DNA of 64,000 nt from Deltaproteobacteria bacterium (GTDB lineage: Bacteria > Desulfobacterota > DSM-4660 > Desulfatiglandales > HGW-15), in contig JAFDAM010000001.1 in assembly GCA_019313825.1 (NCBI GenBank), positions 13,121 through 77,120 of the forward strand, in the 5' to 3' direction. This document shows, in pieces, positions 1-8,915 of the stretch. The position numbers were made by a program, and so were the translations under genes. The notes beneath the pieces are model-generated. The model did not search any database and was not told the origin of the DNA. It was given only the letters and a program-made list of their open reading frames with translations. The first letter of the stretch is position 1. Every line of letters begins with the position of its first letter.

Positions 1-1271
1 AGAACAGTGTCACGTGTATAGGGCCTGCAGGTGATCTCCGGATGCCTATCGCCTCCATTCAGACCACAGATCCGGACAATAGACCATGCAGGGCGGCCGG
101 GCGCGGCGGAATGGGCGCGGTCATGGGCTCCAAGGGGCTTAAGGCCCTTGTGGTGAATCGGCAGGGAGACAGGGTTGACACTATTGCTGACCCCGAAGCC
201 TTTAAGGAGGCGTCCAAGTTCTACGCGGGGATAATGAAAGACAGTCCGCACACAAAAGGCTATACCTATCTGGGTACAGCCTCGATGGTCTCACCTATCA
301 ATGAGGCAGGCGCGTTTCCGTCTTACAACGCCACACAGGGGAGGTTTGACAAATGGGAAAAGGTCAGCGGTGAGACCCTGGCCAAGACTATCAGGGAGCG
401 CGGGGGGAACCCGTCTCACAGCGGCTGTGCCCAGTGTATTATCAACTGTTCCAATGAATTTGTGGATAAACAGGGCAAGTTTGTGACCTCGGGCCTTGAG
501 TATGAGACGATCTGGTCCATGGGCGGCATGACCGGAGTTGGTGATCTGGATACAATTGCAAAGCTGGATTTTCTTTGCGACGACATCGGCCTCGACACAA
601 TGAGCGCCGGCGTGGCAATATCCGTGGCCATGGATGCTGGGCATAAGGAGTTCGGAGACGGCCAGGCCGCAATCGATATGGTCGAAGAGATCGCCAAGGG
701 CACGGACTTCGGCAAAATCCTTGGTGGGGGCCCGGTAGCCGTGGGCGAACACTTTGGCCATCACAGGGTCCCGGTCGTCAAGGGTCAGAGCATCTCCGCC
801 TATGATCCAAGGGCCCTCCACGGCATGGCCGTCACCTATGCCACATCAACAATGGGGGCGGATCACACGGCAGGATGGGTTGTCGGGTCAAACCTGGCAA
901 AGTTTGGCGGAAAGCTAGACCCCTTTTCCGCAAAAGGCCAGGTGGAGGTTTCTCGCAACGCCCAGATCCAAAGCGCCGGCTATGACACAACAGGGATATG
1001 CACATTTGCAAATGGAGGAACTCGATCCCCGGATGGCCTTAAGGCATTCTTCAAGATGATCGGCGCCAAGATCGGCAGGGCGTTCGGGCAGGCAGAGTGG
1101 GACGAACTCTGTCTTCGCGTGATAAAAGCGGAACGGGAGTTCAACCGAAAGGCCGGATTTACGAACAAGGACGATCGTCTGCCCAGGATGTTCTATGAAG
1201 AGCCGTTGCCTCCACACAACAAGGTGGTTGTTATAAGCGACGAAGAGATGGACACCACCTTTGATTTCTAA
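1..1271 (+). CDS. Aldehyde:ferredoxin oxidoreductase (tungsten/molybdopterin AOR family), C-terminal part; 5' end lies outside the window
   Basis: The reading frame is open to the window edge. AOR-family motifs are recognisable (GRGGMGAVMGSKGLKA, CAQCIINC, GADHTAGW), and a MoaD-like gene follows. Confidence 0.85.
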   Translation, partial: NSVTCIGPAGDLRMPIASIQTTDPDNRPCRAAGRGGMGAVMGSKGLKALVVNRQGDRVDTIADPEAFKEASKFYAGIMKDSPHTKGYTYLGTASMVSPINEAGAFPSYNATQGRFDKWEKVSGETLAKTIRERGGNPSHSGCAQCIINCSNEFVDKQGKFVTSGLEYETIWSMGGMTGVGDLDTIAKLDFLCDDIGLDTMSAGVAISVAMDAGHKEFGDGQAAIDMVEEIAKGTDFGKILGGGPVAVGEHFGHHRVPVVKGQSISAYDPRALHGMAVTYATSTMGADHTAGWVVGSNLAKFGGKLDPFSAKGQVEVSRNAQIQSAGYDTTGICTFANGGTRSPDGLKAFFKMIGAKIGRAFGQAEWDELCLRVIKAEREFNRKAGFTNKDDRLPRMFYEEPLPPHNKVVVISDEEMDTTFDF

Positions 1272-1281
1272 TGGTCCATTG

Positions 1282-1524
1282 ATGATAAAGGTGAACGTAA
1301 AACTGTTCGGGGTCTTGAGTCACCCTTTCCGGGATTATAATCCAGATCATGGGCTTGATGTCGAGATACCGGACAGAGCTACATACGAAGAGCTCCTGAC
1401 CCATCTCAAGATCTCAAAGCAAGAGGTAGGCATGGTCTCTGTCGAGGGTGCGCTTGTAAAGCCGGGTGAAAGACTGCAAAACGGAACCCGCATACGAATC
1501 TTTCAACCGGTTCTTGGAGGATAA
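1282..1524 (+). CDS. MoaD/ThiS-family ubiquitin-like sulfur-carrier protein
   Basis: About 80 aa, beginning MIKVNVKLFG and ending in a C-terminal Gly-Gly (..PVLGG). Sits directly after the AOR gene. The start was chosen at an internal ATG. Confidence 0.65.
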   Translation: MIKVNVKLFGVLSHPFRDYNPDHGLDVEIPDRATYEELLTHLKISKQEVGMVSVEGALVKPGERLQNGTRIRIFQPVLGG

Positions 1525-1525
1525 A

Positions 1526-2602
1526 ATGTTTGTTGTAATTATGGCAGGGGGCTCTGGTACCAGGTTCTGGCCGGTTAGTCGCCAGAAGAGACCAAAACAG
1601 TTCCTGAATATCAGTGGCAATGACCCCATGGTGGTCGAGACCTGTAACAGGTTGCGACCTGTGGCCCGCGATGAAGAGATGATAATTGTCCTTGTAAGGG
1701 AACATTTAGAAGAGGCCCGATCTCTTTTCAGGGATCGAAGCGTACATATCCTTGCCGAACCGGTTGGACGAAATACTGCCCCCTGCATCGGTATGGGAGC
1801 GATCTATGCCCGTTACTCGGGTTATGAAGGACCCGTGGCCTTTCTGCCCGCAGACCATTATATTCGCGACCCGTCCGCCTTTCTAAAGGCCCTCGATCAG
1901 GCCGGAAAGGTTGCAGAAGCAGGGGGTATTGCCACCCTTGGAATCGTGCCCACCCGGCCCGAGACAGGTTACGGCTATATCCGGAAGTCACAACCTCTTG
2001 CCGATTTTTCGGATTTCCCAGTCTATGGTGTCTCCGCCTTTGTAGAGAAGCCTGATAATGAAAAGGCTCATCAGTATCTTCAATGCGGAGAGTATCTCTG
2101 GAATGCCGGCATCTTTGTGGCCACACCAAAGACTATTATAAAGGAGATCAGGCAGCACCTTCCCGACCTTCATTATGGCCTTGAACGATTAAAAGAGACC
2201 CTGGGGACAGATTCCTTTGAGAAAGAGATGGAGAGGGTATACAACGGTCTGGAACCAGTTTCCTTTGACTACGGAATCATGGAGAAGACCGGGGATCCGT
2301 TGTTCGTGCTCCCGTGCGAATGCGGGTGGAGTGATGTGGGATCATGGGCCTCCCTGTATGATGTGAGAGCGCAGGATCAAGACAATAACCGGAACCTGTC
2401 TGAAGGAGAGACCCTCCTGATTGATTCCAGGAATAGTTTTGTTTCCGGAAGGAGCGGACGGCTTGTAGCCTGTCTGGGCATTGATAACTGCCTTGTTGTT
2501 GATACGCCGGAGGCATTACTGGTCGCGGACCTGGGGAGATCCCAGGAGATTCGAAAGGTCGTTGAGCAACTAAAGAAAATCCGCAAGGAGGAGTTGCTGT
2601 GA
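1526..2602 (+). CDS. Mannose-1-phosphate guanylyltransferase (NTP-transferase family)
   Basis: N-terminus MFVVIMAGGSGTRFWPVSR is the typical nucleotidyltransferase G-loop. The internal ATG at 1526 was preferred over the long ORF-track start. Confidence 0.85.
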   Translation: MFVVIMAGGSGTRFWPVSRQKRPKQFLNISGNDPMVVETCNRLRPVARDEEMIIVLVREHLEEARSLFRDRSVHILAEPVGRNTAPCIGMGAIYARYSGYEGPVAFLPADHYIRDPSAFLKALDQAGKVAEAGGIATLGIVPTRPETGYGYIRKSQPLADFSDFPVYGVSAFVEKPDNEKAHQYLQCGEYLWNAGIFVATPKTIIKEIRQHLPDLHYGLERLKETLGTDSFEKEMERVYNGLEPVSFDYGIMEKTGDPLFVLPCECGWSDVGSWASLYDVRAQDQDNNRNLSEGETLLIDSRNSFVSGRSGRLVACLGIDNCLVVDTPEALLVADLGRSQEIRKVVEQLKKIRKEELL

Positions 2603-3945
2603 ATCCGGTCATCTTCAGAGAATATGATATTCGGGGAAGGAGCCCTGATGAACTGAATCATGACACGGTCTATGGATTGGGCCTGGCGATCGGCACATAT
2701 TACCATGAACAGGGAGCAGGCAGGATCACACTTGGCCGCGATTGCCGATTAAGCTCGCCTGACCTTCGAGACGCGCTCACGAAAGGCTTGACAGAAACGG
2801 GTATGGATGTGGTGGACGCGGGCATGATTCCTACGCCGCTCCTCTATTTCTCCATCTTTCATTTAGAGGCGGACGGAGGCATTCAGGTTACGGGGAGTCA
2901 CAATCCTCCCGAGTATAACGGGTTCAAGATATGCCTCGGTAAAGGAACGATCCATGGCGAAGAGATACAGAAGATAAGGGAGATTGGAGATAAGGGAGCT
3001 TTTCACAGGGGAAAAGGCAGCATAGAAAAGATCGACGTTATTAAGCCCTACCTTGACTGCCTGAAAGAGAATATACGGCCCGGAGATATCCCGAGAAAAG
3101 TTGTCGTTGATGCGGGTAACGGTGTAGGCGGAATTGTGGCCCCCGAGGTCTACACGGCGATGGGGGTGGAGGTGGAAAGGCTTTTCTGCGAGCCGGACGG
3201 TCGTTTTCCCAACCATCATCCTGATCCCACAATACCTGAAAACCTGAAGGATCTTACCGCAAAGATCTCCGAACATTCTGCGGATCTGGGTATCGCCTTT
3301 GACGGTGATGCGGACAGAATCGGAGTGGTTGATCAAAACGGCAATATCATCTGGGGCGACCAATTGATGATCATCTTTTCGCGCGATCTCCTTGAGCACA
3401 GTCCCGGGGCAAAGATTATTGGAGAGGTAAAATGTTCCCAGGTACTGTATGATGATATTGAAAAACATGGTGGCAAGCCCATTATGTGGAAGGTCGGTCA
3501 TTCCCTGATCAAGAGGAAAATGAAAGAGGAGGGCGCCGTTTTTGCCGGAGAGATGAGCGGGCACCTCTTCTTTGCGGATCGCTATTTTGGTTATGATGAC
3601 GCCATCTATGCGGGTGCCCGACTTATAGAGATCCTTACGCGGAAAAGAGAAAGTGTCAGCGAACTCCTGTCTGATATTCCGCGTATGGTGAATACCCCTG
3701 AGATCCGTATGGATTGTCCTGATGAGAAAAAGTTTCAGGTGGTTGCGGAGCTTGCAGAGGGCTTTAAAAAGGAATATAAGGTTATTGACGTGGACGGGGC
3801 AAGGGTCCTCTTTGACGAAGGTTGGGGCCTGATAAGGGCATCCAATACACAGCCCATGCTGGTACTCCGTTTTGAGGCTAGGAATGAGGCGCGCCTTGAG
3901 GAGATAAGACAGATCTTTATGGATAGATTAAAAGGGGCAATATAG
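2599..3945 (+). CDS. Phosphomannomutase/phosphoglucomutase
   Basis: Active-site loop TGSHNPPEYNGFK and metal loop FDGDADR. Overlaps the upstream gene by 4 nt. Confidence 0.9.
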   Translation: MNPVIFREYDIRGRSPDELNHDTVYGLGLAIGTYYHEQGAGRITLGRDCRLSSPDLRDALTKGLTETGMDVVDAGMIPTPLLYFSIFHLEADGGIQVTGSHNPPEYNGFKICLGKGTIHGEEIQKIREIGDKGAFHRGKGSIEKIDVIKPYLDCLKENIRPGDIPRKVVVDAGNGVGGIVAPEVYTAMGVEVERLFCEPDGRFPNHHPDPTIPENLKDLTAKISEHSADLGIAFDGDADRIGVVDQNGNIIWGDQLMIIFSRDLLEHSPGAKIIGEVKCSQVLYDDIEKHGGKPIMWKVGHSLIKRKMKEEGAVFAGEMSGHLFFADRYFGYDDAIYAGARLIEILTRKRESVSELLSDIPRMVNTPEIRMDCPDEKKFQVVAELAEGFKKEYKVIDVDGARVLFDEGWGLIRASNTQPMLVLRFEARNEARLEEIRQIFMDRLKGAI

Positions 3946-3976
3946 ATATATCTCTTTCCCTCTGAATCAACTTATC

Positions 3977-4231
3977 GGAACTACTCAGGTTTAAAATTTC
4001 GGAGGTTCAGGGTTCCCCGATAAACCGGGATCTTCGACAAGGTTAAAATGATGAAAGAGGGGTTCGATTCAGAGACAAATGCCAAGTTCATACGGTTTTT
4101 ACGATACGCCAATCCTGTTTGCACGGAAGTCCAGAGCATACTCTATGTCGCCCTGGAAATATAAAGAAGATTGCAAAATGATTAACCGTGAACTGTGAAC
4201 ATTGAACCTGATAACCTGGACAGTTACAACC
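3977..4231 (+). mobile_element. Decayed copy of the four-helix-bundle (IVS-like) cassette: inverted arms plus a ~35-codon gene remnant
   Basis: The left arm carries AACTACTCAGGT. The right arm is a heptamer array (cgtgaac tgtgaac attgaac ctgataa cctggac). The internal frame 4057-4164 reads GFDSETNAKFIRFLRYANPVCTEVQSILYVALEI, matching residues of the intact copy at 36108-36479. Confidence 0.7.
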
Positions 4232-4261
4232 ACCTATCAAACTCAAAAGATAGGGTATGAT

Positions 4262-4594
4262 ATGGAATATACAGGAAAAGAGGAACGTGATAAGGCCAGG
4301 AATTACATCGAGCCCTATGATACCGGCACATATCTGGCATTCGAATTGAACGATAAAATATATAGATTCAATCTGCTGGATACATCCCCGGGAGGAATGG
4401 GTATGCTGGTCAAGAAAGAGGAGTCTGAAGTTCTAAATCGATTAAATATCGGAGATAAGATAAGGGTGGAATATAAAACACCTGAGGCCGGCGTACTCAT
4501 GGATTTTGAGATAATGCACATCACACAATTCAGGAGGGGCAGGTTTAACGGTCACCACCAGGTCGGTCTATCTCTTCTTCCCAATCCGGGGTAG
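4262..4594 (+). CDS. PilZ-domain protein (putative c-di-GMP binding)
   Basis: RxxxR (RDKAR) and DxSxxG (DTSPGG) motifs at PilZ-like spacing. Start taken at MEYTGK. Confidence 0.6.
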   Translation: MEYTGKEERDKARNYIEPYDTGTYLAFELNDKIYRFNLLDTSPGGMGMLVKKEESEVLNRLNIGDKIRVEYKTPEAGVLMDFEIMHITQFRRGRFNGHHQVGLSLLPNPG

Positions 4595-4627
4595 ATTCTT
4601 CAAACCTTTGGAAAAATCACTTTTTTT

Positions 4628-4656
4628 CAGTAATGTCCGGTAAGGATTTTGCAATG
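4628..4656 (+). repeat. Module C repeat (CAGTAATGTCCGGTWAGGATTTTGCA)
   Basis: The same ~30-nt module recurs at 21374-21407 (+), 24842-24870 (-), 36934-36958 (+) and 37361-37392 (-). Confidence 0.8.
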
Positions 4657-4712
4657 CAATAGTATAGGCCTTGATGGCCGGTAAATGTTGTAAAGGAGTG
4701 TCTTTCAAAGGA

Positions 4713-4892
4713 GGCAATAGCTGTCTCATCAAGGCGATATCTTTTTGAAATTCCACTGGCCTCTTCAGTGGTCAAATATTTGGGTTTTATGCCTTTGAAT
4801 CCCTTGGAATCTGCAATTGACTTGACAAAACCCAAATATTGACCACTTCCTCAAAAGGTAGTAGATATCGCCTTGAAGAGATGGTCATTGCC
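4713..4892. repeat. Family A hairpin (MITE-like) element, copy 1
   Basis: Outer stem CAAGGCGATATCT / AGATATCGCCTTG. Inner stem GGTCAAATATTTGGGTT / AACCCAAATATTGACC. Near-identical copies lie at 23722-23912 and 28355-28535. Confidence 0.85.
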
Positions 4893-4939
4893 GGATTTGA
4901 CTGTCATTTTCAAGATTAAGCAAAGGAGACATAGAATAT

Positions 4940-5383
4940 ATGGAAGGCGCTGTTGACGACTTTGTTCAGGAGTTGAAGAAACAGATCATTGAGGAAACAA
5001 AAGCGGCTTACGGAGAGATAGCTTATCAACGCTGGCGAAACCCCCTTTTTAAGGGGGCAATGGATAATCCCGATGCATTCGCCCGTTTAAGCGGGGGGTG
5101 CGGTGATACAATGGAAATCTACCTGAAATTCGAAAATAACCGGGTGAAAGAAGCCTCATACCAGACCGATGGATGCGGATCCAGTAATGTGTGCGGATCA
5201 TTTGCGGCAGAGATGTCTATTGGCAGAAGCCCCGACCAACTCCTGGAGATCACCGAAGATGCCATATCTGAAAAAGTGGGAGGGCTGCCCAAAGACGATG
5301 AGCAATGCGCCTTACTTGCCGCCCAGACCATTCATATGGCCTTGAATGCGTGGTTAAACAGGCCCGAAACCCCAGACGGTTAA
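4940..5383 (+). CDS. NifU/IscU-like Fe-S cluster scaffold domain protein
   Basis: Contains GGCGDTMEIYLKF, DGCGSS and a distal C (CALLAAQ), which is the three-Cys IscU-type pattern. A paralogue lies at 42939-43382. Confidence 0.75.
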   Translation: MEGAVDDFVQELKKQIIEETKAAYGEIAYQRWRNPLFKGAMDNPDAFARLSGGCGDTMEIYLKFENNRVKEASYQTDGCGSSNVCGSFAAEMSIGRSPDQLLEITEDAISEKVGGLPKDDEQCALLAAQTIHMALNAWLNRPETPDG

Positions 5384-5885
5384 TTTATTGGTACCGTTCA
5401 AAAGTGATGGCATATGATATTTTCATATCAAAGGTTATGCCGGTCTTTTCAAGACGATATCTCAAAAAAAAGTTCCGCCTAAACATTGAAGTAGCCTGAT
5501 TTTTAAGGGTTTACGCCCGGTAACGATTGCAGAATGTCCCGTTATAATTGGGAAAATCTTTTTTAAACTCTTAAAAATCAGGCTACAGGCAAAGAACGGA
5601 ATAGATATCGTCTTGAAAAGATTGGCATGACCGGAGATTAGGCTGACTTTTATTTTACCCGGTTTTAACCCAGATTGTGCATAAGGAACCGTAGCAAGGC
5701 GCAGAAAACCTTAGCGAAACGCGAAGTTGGAGCGATTTTGAGACGCAGGCATATTCATAAATCTGTTGAGGAACAAAATCGTGAAACAAGCGTTGCAGCA
5801 AGGATTTTCAAGCCGCAGTAGGTTTCTAATGCACAATCTGGGTTTAATATCCATGCCATCACTTTTGAACGTTACCAATTTATTA
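5384..5885. repeat. ~500-bp nested palindromic intergenic element
   Basis: Outer inverted arms of ~40 nt (TTATTGGTACCGTTCAAAAGTGATGGCAT at 5384-5420 versus 5845-5885) enclose a family-A variant (5438-5634) and a second hairpin (arms 5668-5702 / 5812-5846). Confidence 0.8.
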
Positions 5886-6317
5886 GGTTCTTCTCCCAAT
5901 TAGTTGGGAGAAAGTGATCAAGGGTTCCAGGATTCAAGGGTTCCCCGTAAAAGTGCGCGGTGAATCCTTATACTTAAGCATTTCACTCGAACCCTTGAAT
6001 CCTTGAATCCTCAATTACCTTCAACTTTTTTAGAGGTGATTCATTTATTTTATATGCTCACCCCCTGATAATGGCTATCGCTTCCTAATGGTTTATACAC
6101 ACCAAGATCCACATCTCATGTGAAGACCAGAGATCCTCTGAATCCTCCTGATTCATGCCCGTTCCCGGGGCGATCTCATATATCACTATAATTGTCATGA
6201 AAGAGGGTGTCATTATTTTGACTACTGTGTCACTTTCCAAAACATCTTCGTCCTGTCCTTCCTGTAAAACAGGCTCATCAGCCTCTGATTTAAGACCCTA
6301 ATCCCAAATTAAGGTTT

Positions 6318-6333
6318 TGGCACACTATTTGCT
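6318..6333 (+). promoter_or_regulatory. Sigma-54 (-24/-12) promoter candidate
   Basis: TGGCAC-ACTAT-TTGCT matches the TGGCAC-N5-TTGCW consensus exactly. It lies ~280 nt upstream of the MCP start. Confidence 0.5.
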
Positions 6334-6609
6334 GTGATAAAGAACGTTCCGTGAGGAAGACTTTGATCTAAAACCTATTCCCTGCGGAGCCACAATTAAA
6401 GATATAACGGTATCTGAACCTGGATATAGCCTGATAAAAAGAGAACCCGCCATACATCATTATTTTGGGTAAGCATGTCCCACACATGAATAATATTGGA
6501 AAATCTTATTTGAAAGATGCAGCCCTGGAACCGAAAAGCCAAAGACGTAAATAAGTATCATCTTGTAATGATAACAAACCCTGGTCAATAACATCTAAGG
6601 AGGACCAAT

Positions 6610-8193
6610 ATGACTTTCTTAAACCTAAATTGGAAGAAATCCATCCAAACAAAAATCAATCTTGTCCTGCTGATCCTTACTACGCTCATTCTGATCGCTT
6701 TTGGTGTATACGATCATTCTATCACAAAGATGAAAATGACGAGGGAACTGAACAGCCTGTCCGACCTTGTTGCCACCAGGTTATCGCGTAGCATGGTGGT
6801 GGCCCTCTGGGAGGTATCCAAGGAGATGGGAATTGCGAACGCCAAGTCGGAGATGGCTGAAAAGCGCATCTACTCGATTGTTGTCAGGGAAACGGACAAG
6901 GAAGAGGCCTTTGTTGCCATAAGGCGTAATGACAAAAACTGGGATGTCTCGGAATTTGATGGGGACCTGAAGGGTGATTTCATCTCCAATAGTATGGACA
7001 TCACACGGGAAAATGAGAAGCTGGGATCAGTTGATATCTTTATCACTCAAAAATTCATGCAGAAAGCGCTTAACGGGAATCTCTTCAAGCTTACGATCAA
7101 GATCCTTGTTCTTGACCTGCTTCTGGTGATTGGCATGTCCCTGGTCGTTAAGAAGGTCCTGGCTCGGCCTTTAAATCAGATTTTAGGAAGGGTTCGGGAC
7201 ATTGCTGAAGGGGGAGGCGATCTCACAATGAGAATCGAGGCCGAATCCCAGGATGAGGTCGGAAGACTGGCAGATCTTATTAACATATTTTTGGGCAATC
7301 TCCAGCAGATGATTCAGAATATCTCAGGCAATGCCGACACACTGAATACGTCTTCCTCTGATCTGTCAACCCTCGCAAATCAGATGTCCGACGGCGCAGA
7401 CCAGATGTCGAACAGGGCCAACACCGTGGCCGCTGCGAGCGAAGAAATGAGCACCAATATGGACTCTGTAGCAGCGGCCATGGAAGAGGCGTCTACCAAT
7501 ATAGGAGTGGTTGCGACTTCTGCTGAGGAGATGACCGCCACTATCAATGAGATTGCCCAGAATTCAGAAAAGGCCCGCAACATAACCAACGAAGCCGTCA
7601 CACAGGCCCATAATGCTTCAGAAAGGGTTGATGAGCTCGGTAAAGCAGCCCAGGAGATTGGAAAGGTGACCGAGGCCATCACCGAGATCTCAGAACAGAC
7701 AAATCTTTTAGCCCTGAACGCCACGATCGAGGCGGCCCGCGCGGGCGAGGCAGGTAAGGGCTTCGCAGTGGTGGCAAACGAGATCAAGGAATTGGCAAGA
7801 CAGACAGCCGCTGCTACGAGGGAGATAAAAGAGCAGATCGAAGGCATTCAGGCCTCGACCTCGGGAACTGTGAAGGAGATCGGGAACATTCTGAAGGTCA
7901 TCAACGATGTAAATGATATTGTGTCTACCATTGCCGCGGCAGTAGAGGAACAGTCCGTGACCACAAAGGAGATTGCGAGCAATGTGTCCCAGGCCTCACA
8001 AGGGATTCAGGAAGTCAATGAAAACGTGGCCCAGAGCAACACCGTGTCAAAGGATATCGCTAGAGAGATTACCGATGTCAACCAAGCTACCGCGGAGATC
8101 TCTAACAGCAGTTCTCAGGTGAACCTGAGCGCCGATGAGATGTCAGGCCTGGCCGCACAGCTTCAGGAGATGGTGGGGCGTTTCAAGGTCTAA
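6610..8193 (+). CDS. Methyl-accepting chemotaxis protein (TM-sensor-TM-HAMP-signalling domain)
   Basis: Highly conserved MCP hairpin core [35 protein letters not shown]. An RBS (AAGGAGG) precedes the ATG. Confidence 0.9.
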   Translation: MTFLNLNWKKSIQTKINLVLLILTTLILIAFGVYDHSITKMKMTRELNSLSDLVATRLSRSMVVALWEVSKEMGIANAKSEMAEKRIYSIVVRETDKEEAFVAIRRNDKNWDVSEFDGDLKGDFISNSMDITRENEKLGSVDIFITQKFMQKALNGNLFKLTIKILVLDLLLVIGMSLVVKKVLARPLNQILGRVRDIAEGGGDLTMRIEAESQDEVGRLADLINIFLGNLQQMIQNISGNADTLNTSSSDLSTLANQMSDGADQMSNRANTVAAASEEMSTNMDSVAAAMEEASTNIGVVATSAEEMTATINEIAQNSEKARNITNEAVTQAHNASERVDELGKAAQEIGKVTEAITEISEQTNLLALNATIEAARAGEAGKGFAVVANEIKELARQTAAATREIKEQIEGIQASTSGTVKEIGNILKVINDVNDIVSTIAAAVEEQSVTTKEIASNVSQASQGIQEVNENVAQSNTVSKDIAREITDVNQATAEISNSSSQVNLSADEMSGLAAQLQEMVGRFKV

Positions 8194-8220
8194 GCTTTAT
8201 AATCAACTACCCCCTCACCC

Positions 8221-8242
8221 CCCCTCTCCCCAGGGAGAGGGG
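8221..8242 (+). terminator. GC hairpin downstream of the MCP gene
   Basis: CCCCTCTCC-ccag-GGAGAGGGG lies 28 nt after the stop codon. There is no clear U-tract, so intrinsic-terminator status is uncertain. Confidence 0.3.
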
Positions 8243-8444
8243 GATCAAAATGAATTGCCGTCAAAGATAGGTATTAGACGTTCCCATCCTTCTTCCTTTC
8301 CTATATGAACGGGATCCGCCTCTCTGAGTGGTCCTTTGCCCCCTGCTTGCCCGTCGTTACTGTGGAGGGCACTTTGTGCCTCCTTTGCCGACTTTACTTG
8401 AGATCCTGCTATGCCCATTTTTTCAGGGCCATATCTATATGAAA

Positions 8445-8682
8445 AAGGCATAAGGCATACGGTATACGGGAAAACCAAACAGGACCAGTGTTTTGTTTTT
8501 CTGATCTCTTTCTAACGACCTCTATCTTCTGAGTTTTACGCTTTTTGCCTTGCTCTATAATCCTCTAATCCTTAAGCCTATATTCCTGATGTATCAGCTA
8601 TGAGCTATGAGCTAAACGTTTTTCGCTCTGCGCTATGCCCTATGCGCCTTACCCTATGCGCTTTGCGCCACGCGCCATGCTC
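8445..8682. repeat. Degenerate heptanucleotide tandem arrays in inverted arrangement
   Basis: Left array: aaggcat aaggcat acggtat acgggaa. Right arrays: gctatga gctatga and gcgctat gccctat gcgcctt accctat gcgcttt gcgccac gcgccat. The 7-nt periodicity is visible by eye. Confidence 0.75.
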
Positions 8683-8915
8683 TTCCCCTTGACACATAAT
8701 TGACTTTCCACCATACTTCCCTATCAAAAAGAGCTCCCATAGCTTAGTCCCTCGATTCATAAATTCGGTGACGCATTTATTCACTCGGGACTAAGTGCTT
8801 AGTGAGCAATTGCACAAGTTATATTCACAAAAATACGTTATAGTATTTGCGAATCGAAGTACTTAGTTAATCTTACATTCCCTTGTACGGGAGATGGAAA
8901 GTAGAGAGTCTTATA

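Noticed and set aside
8245-8478. A 77-aa minus-strand ORF downstream of the MCP gene, and other 60-90-aa ORFs in repeat-rich spacers (5305-5499, 5711-5899, 18402-18632, 24844-25092, 43796-44044).
   Set aside because: They lack an RBS and any recognisable family. They overlap heptamer arrays or palindromes, which readily generate open frames.
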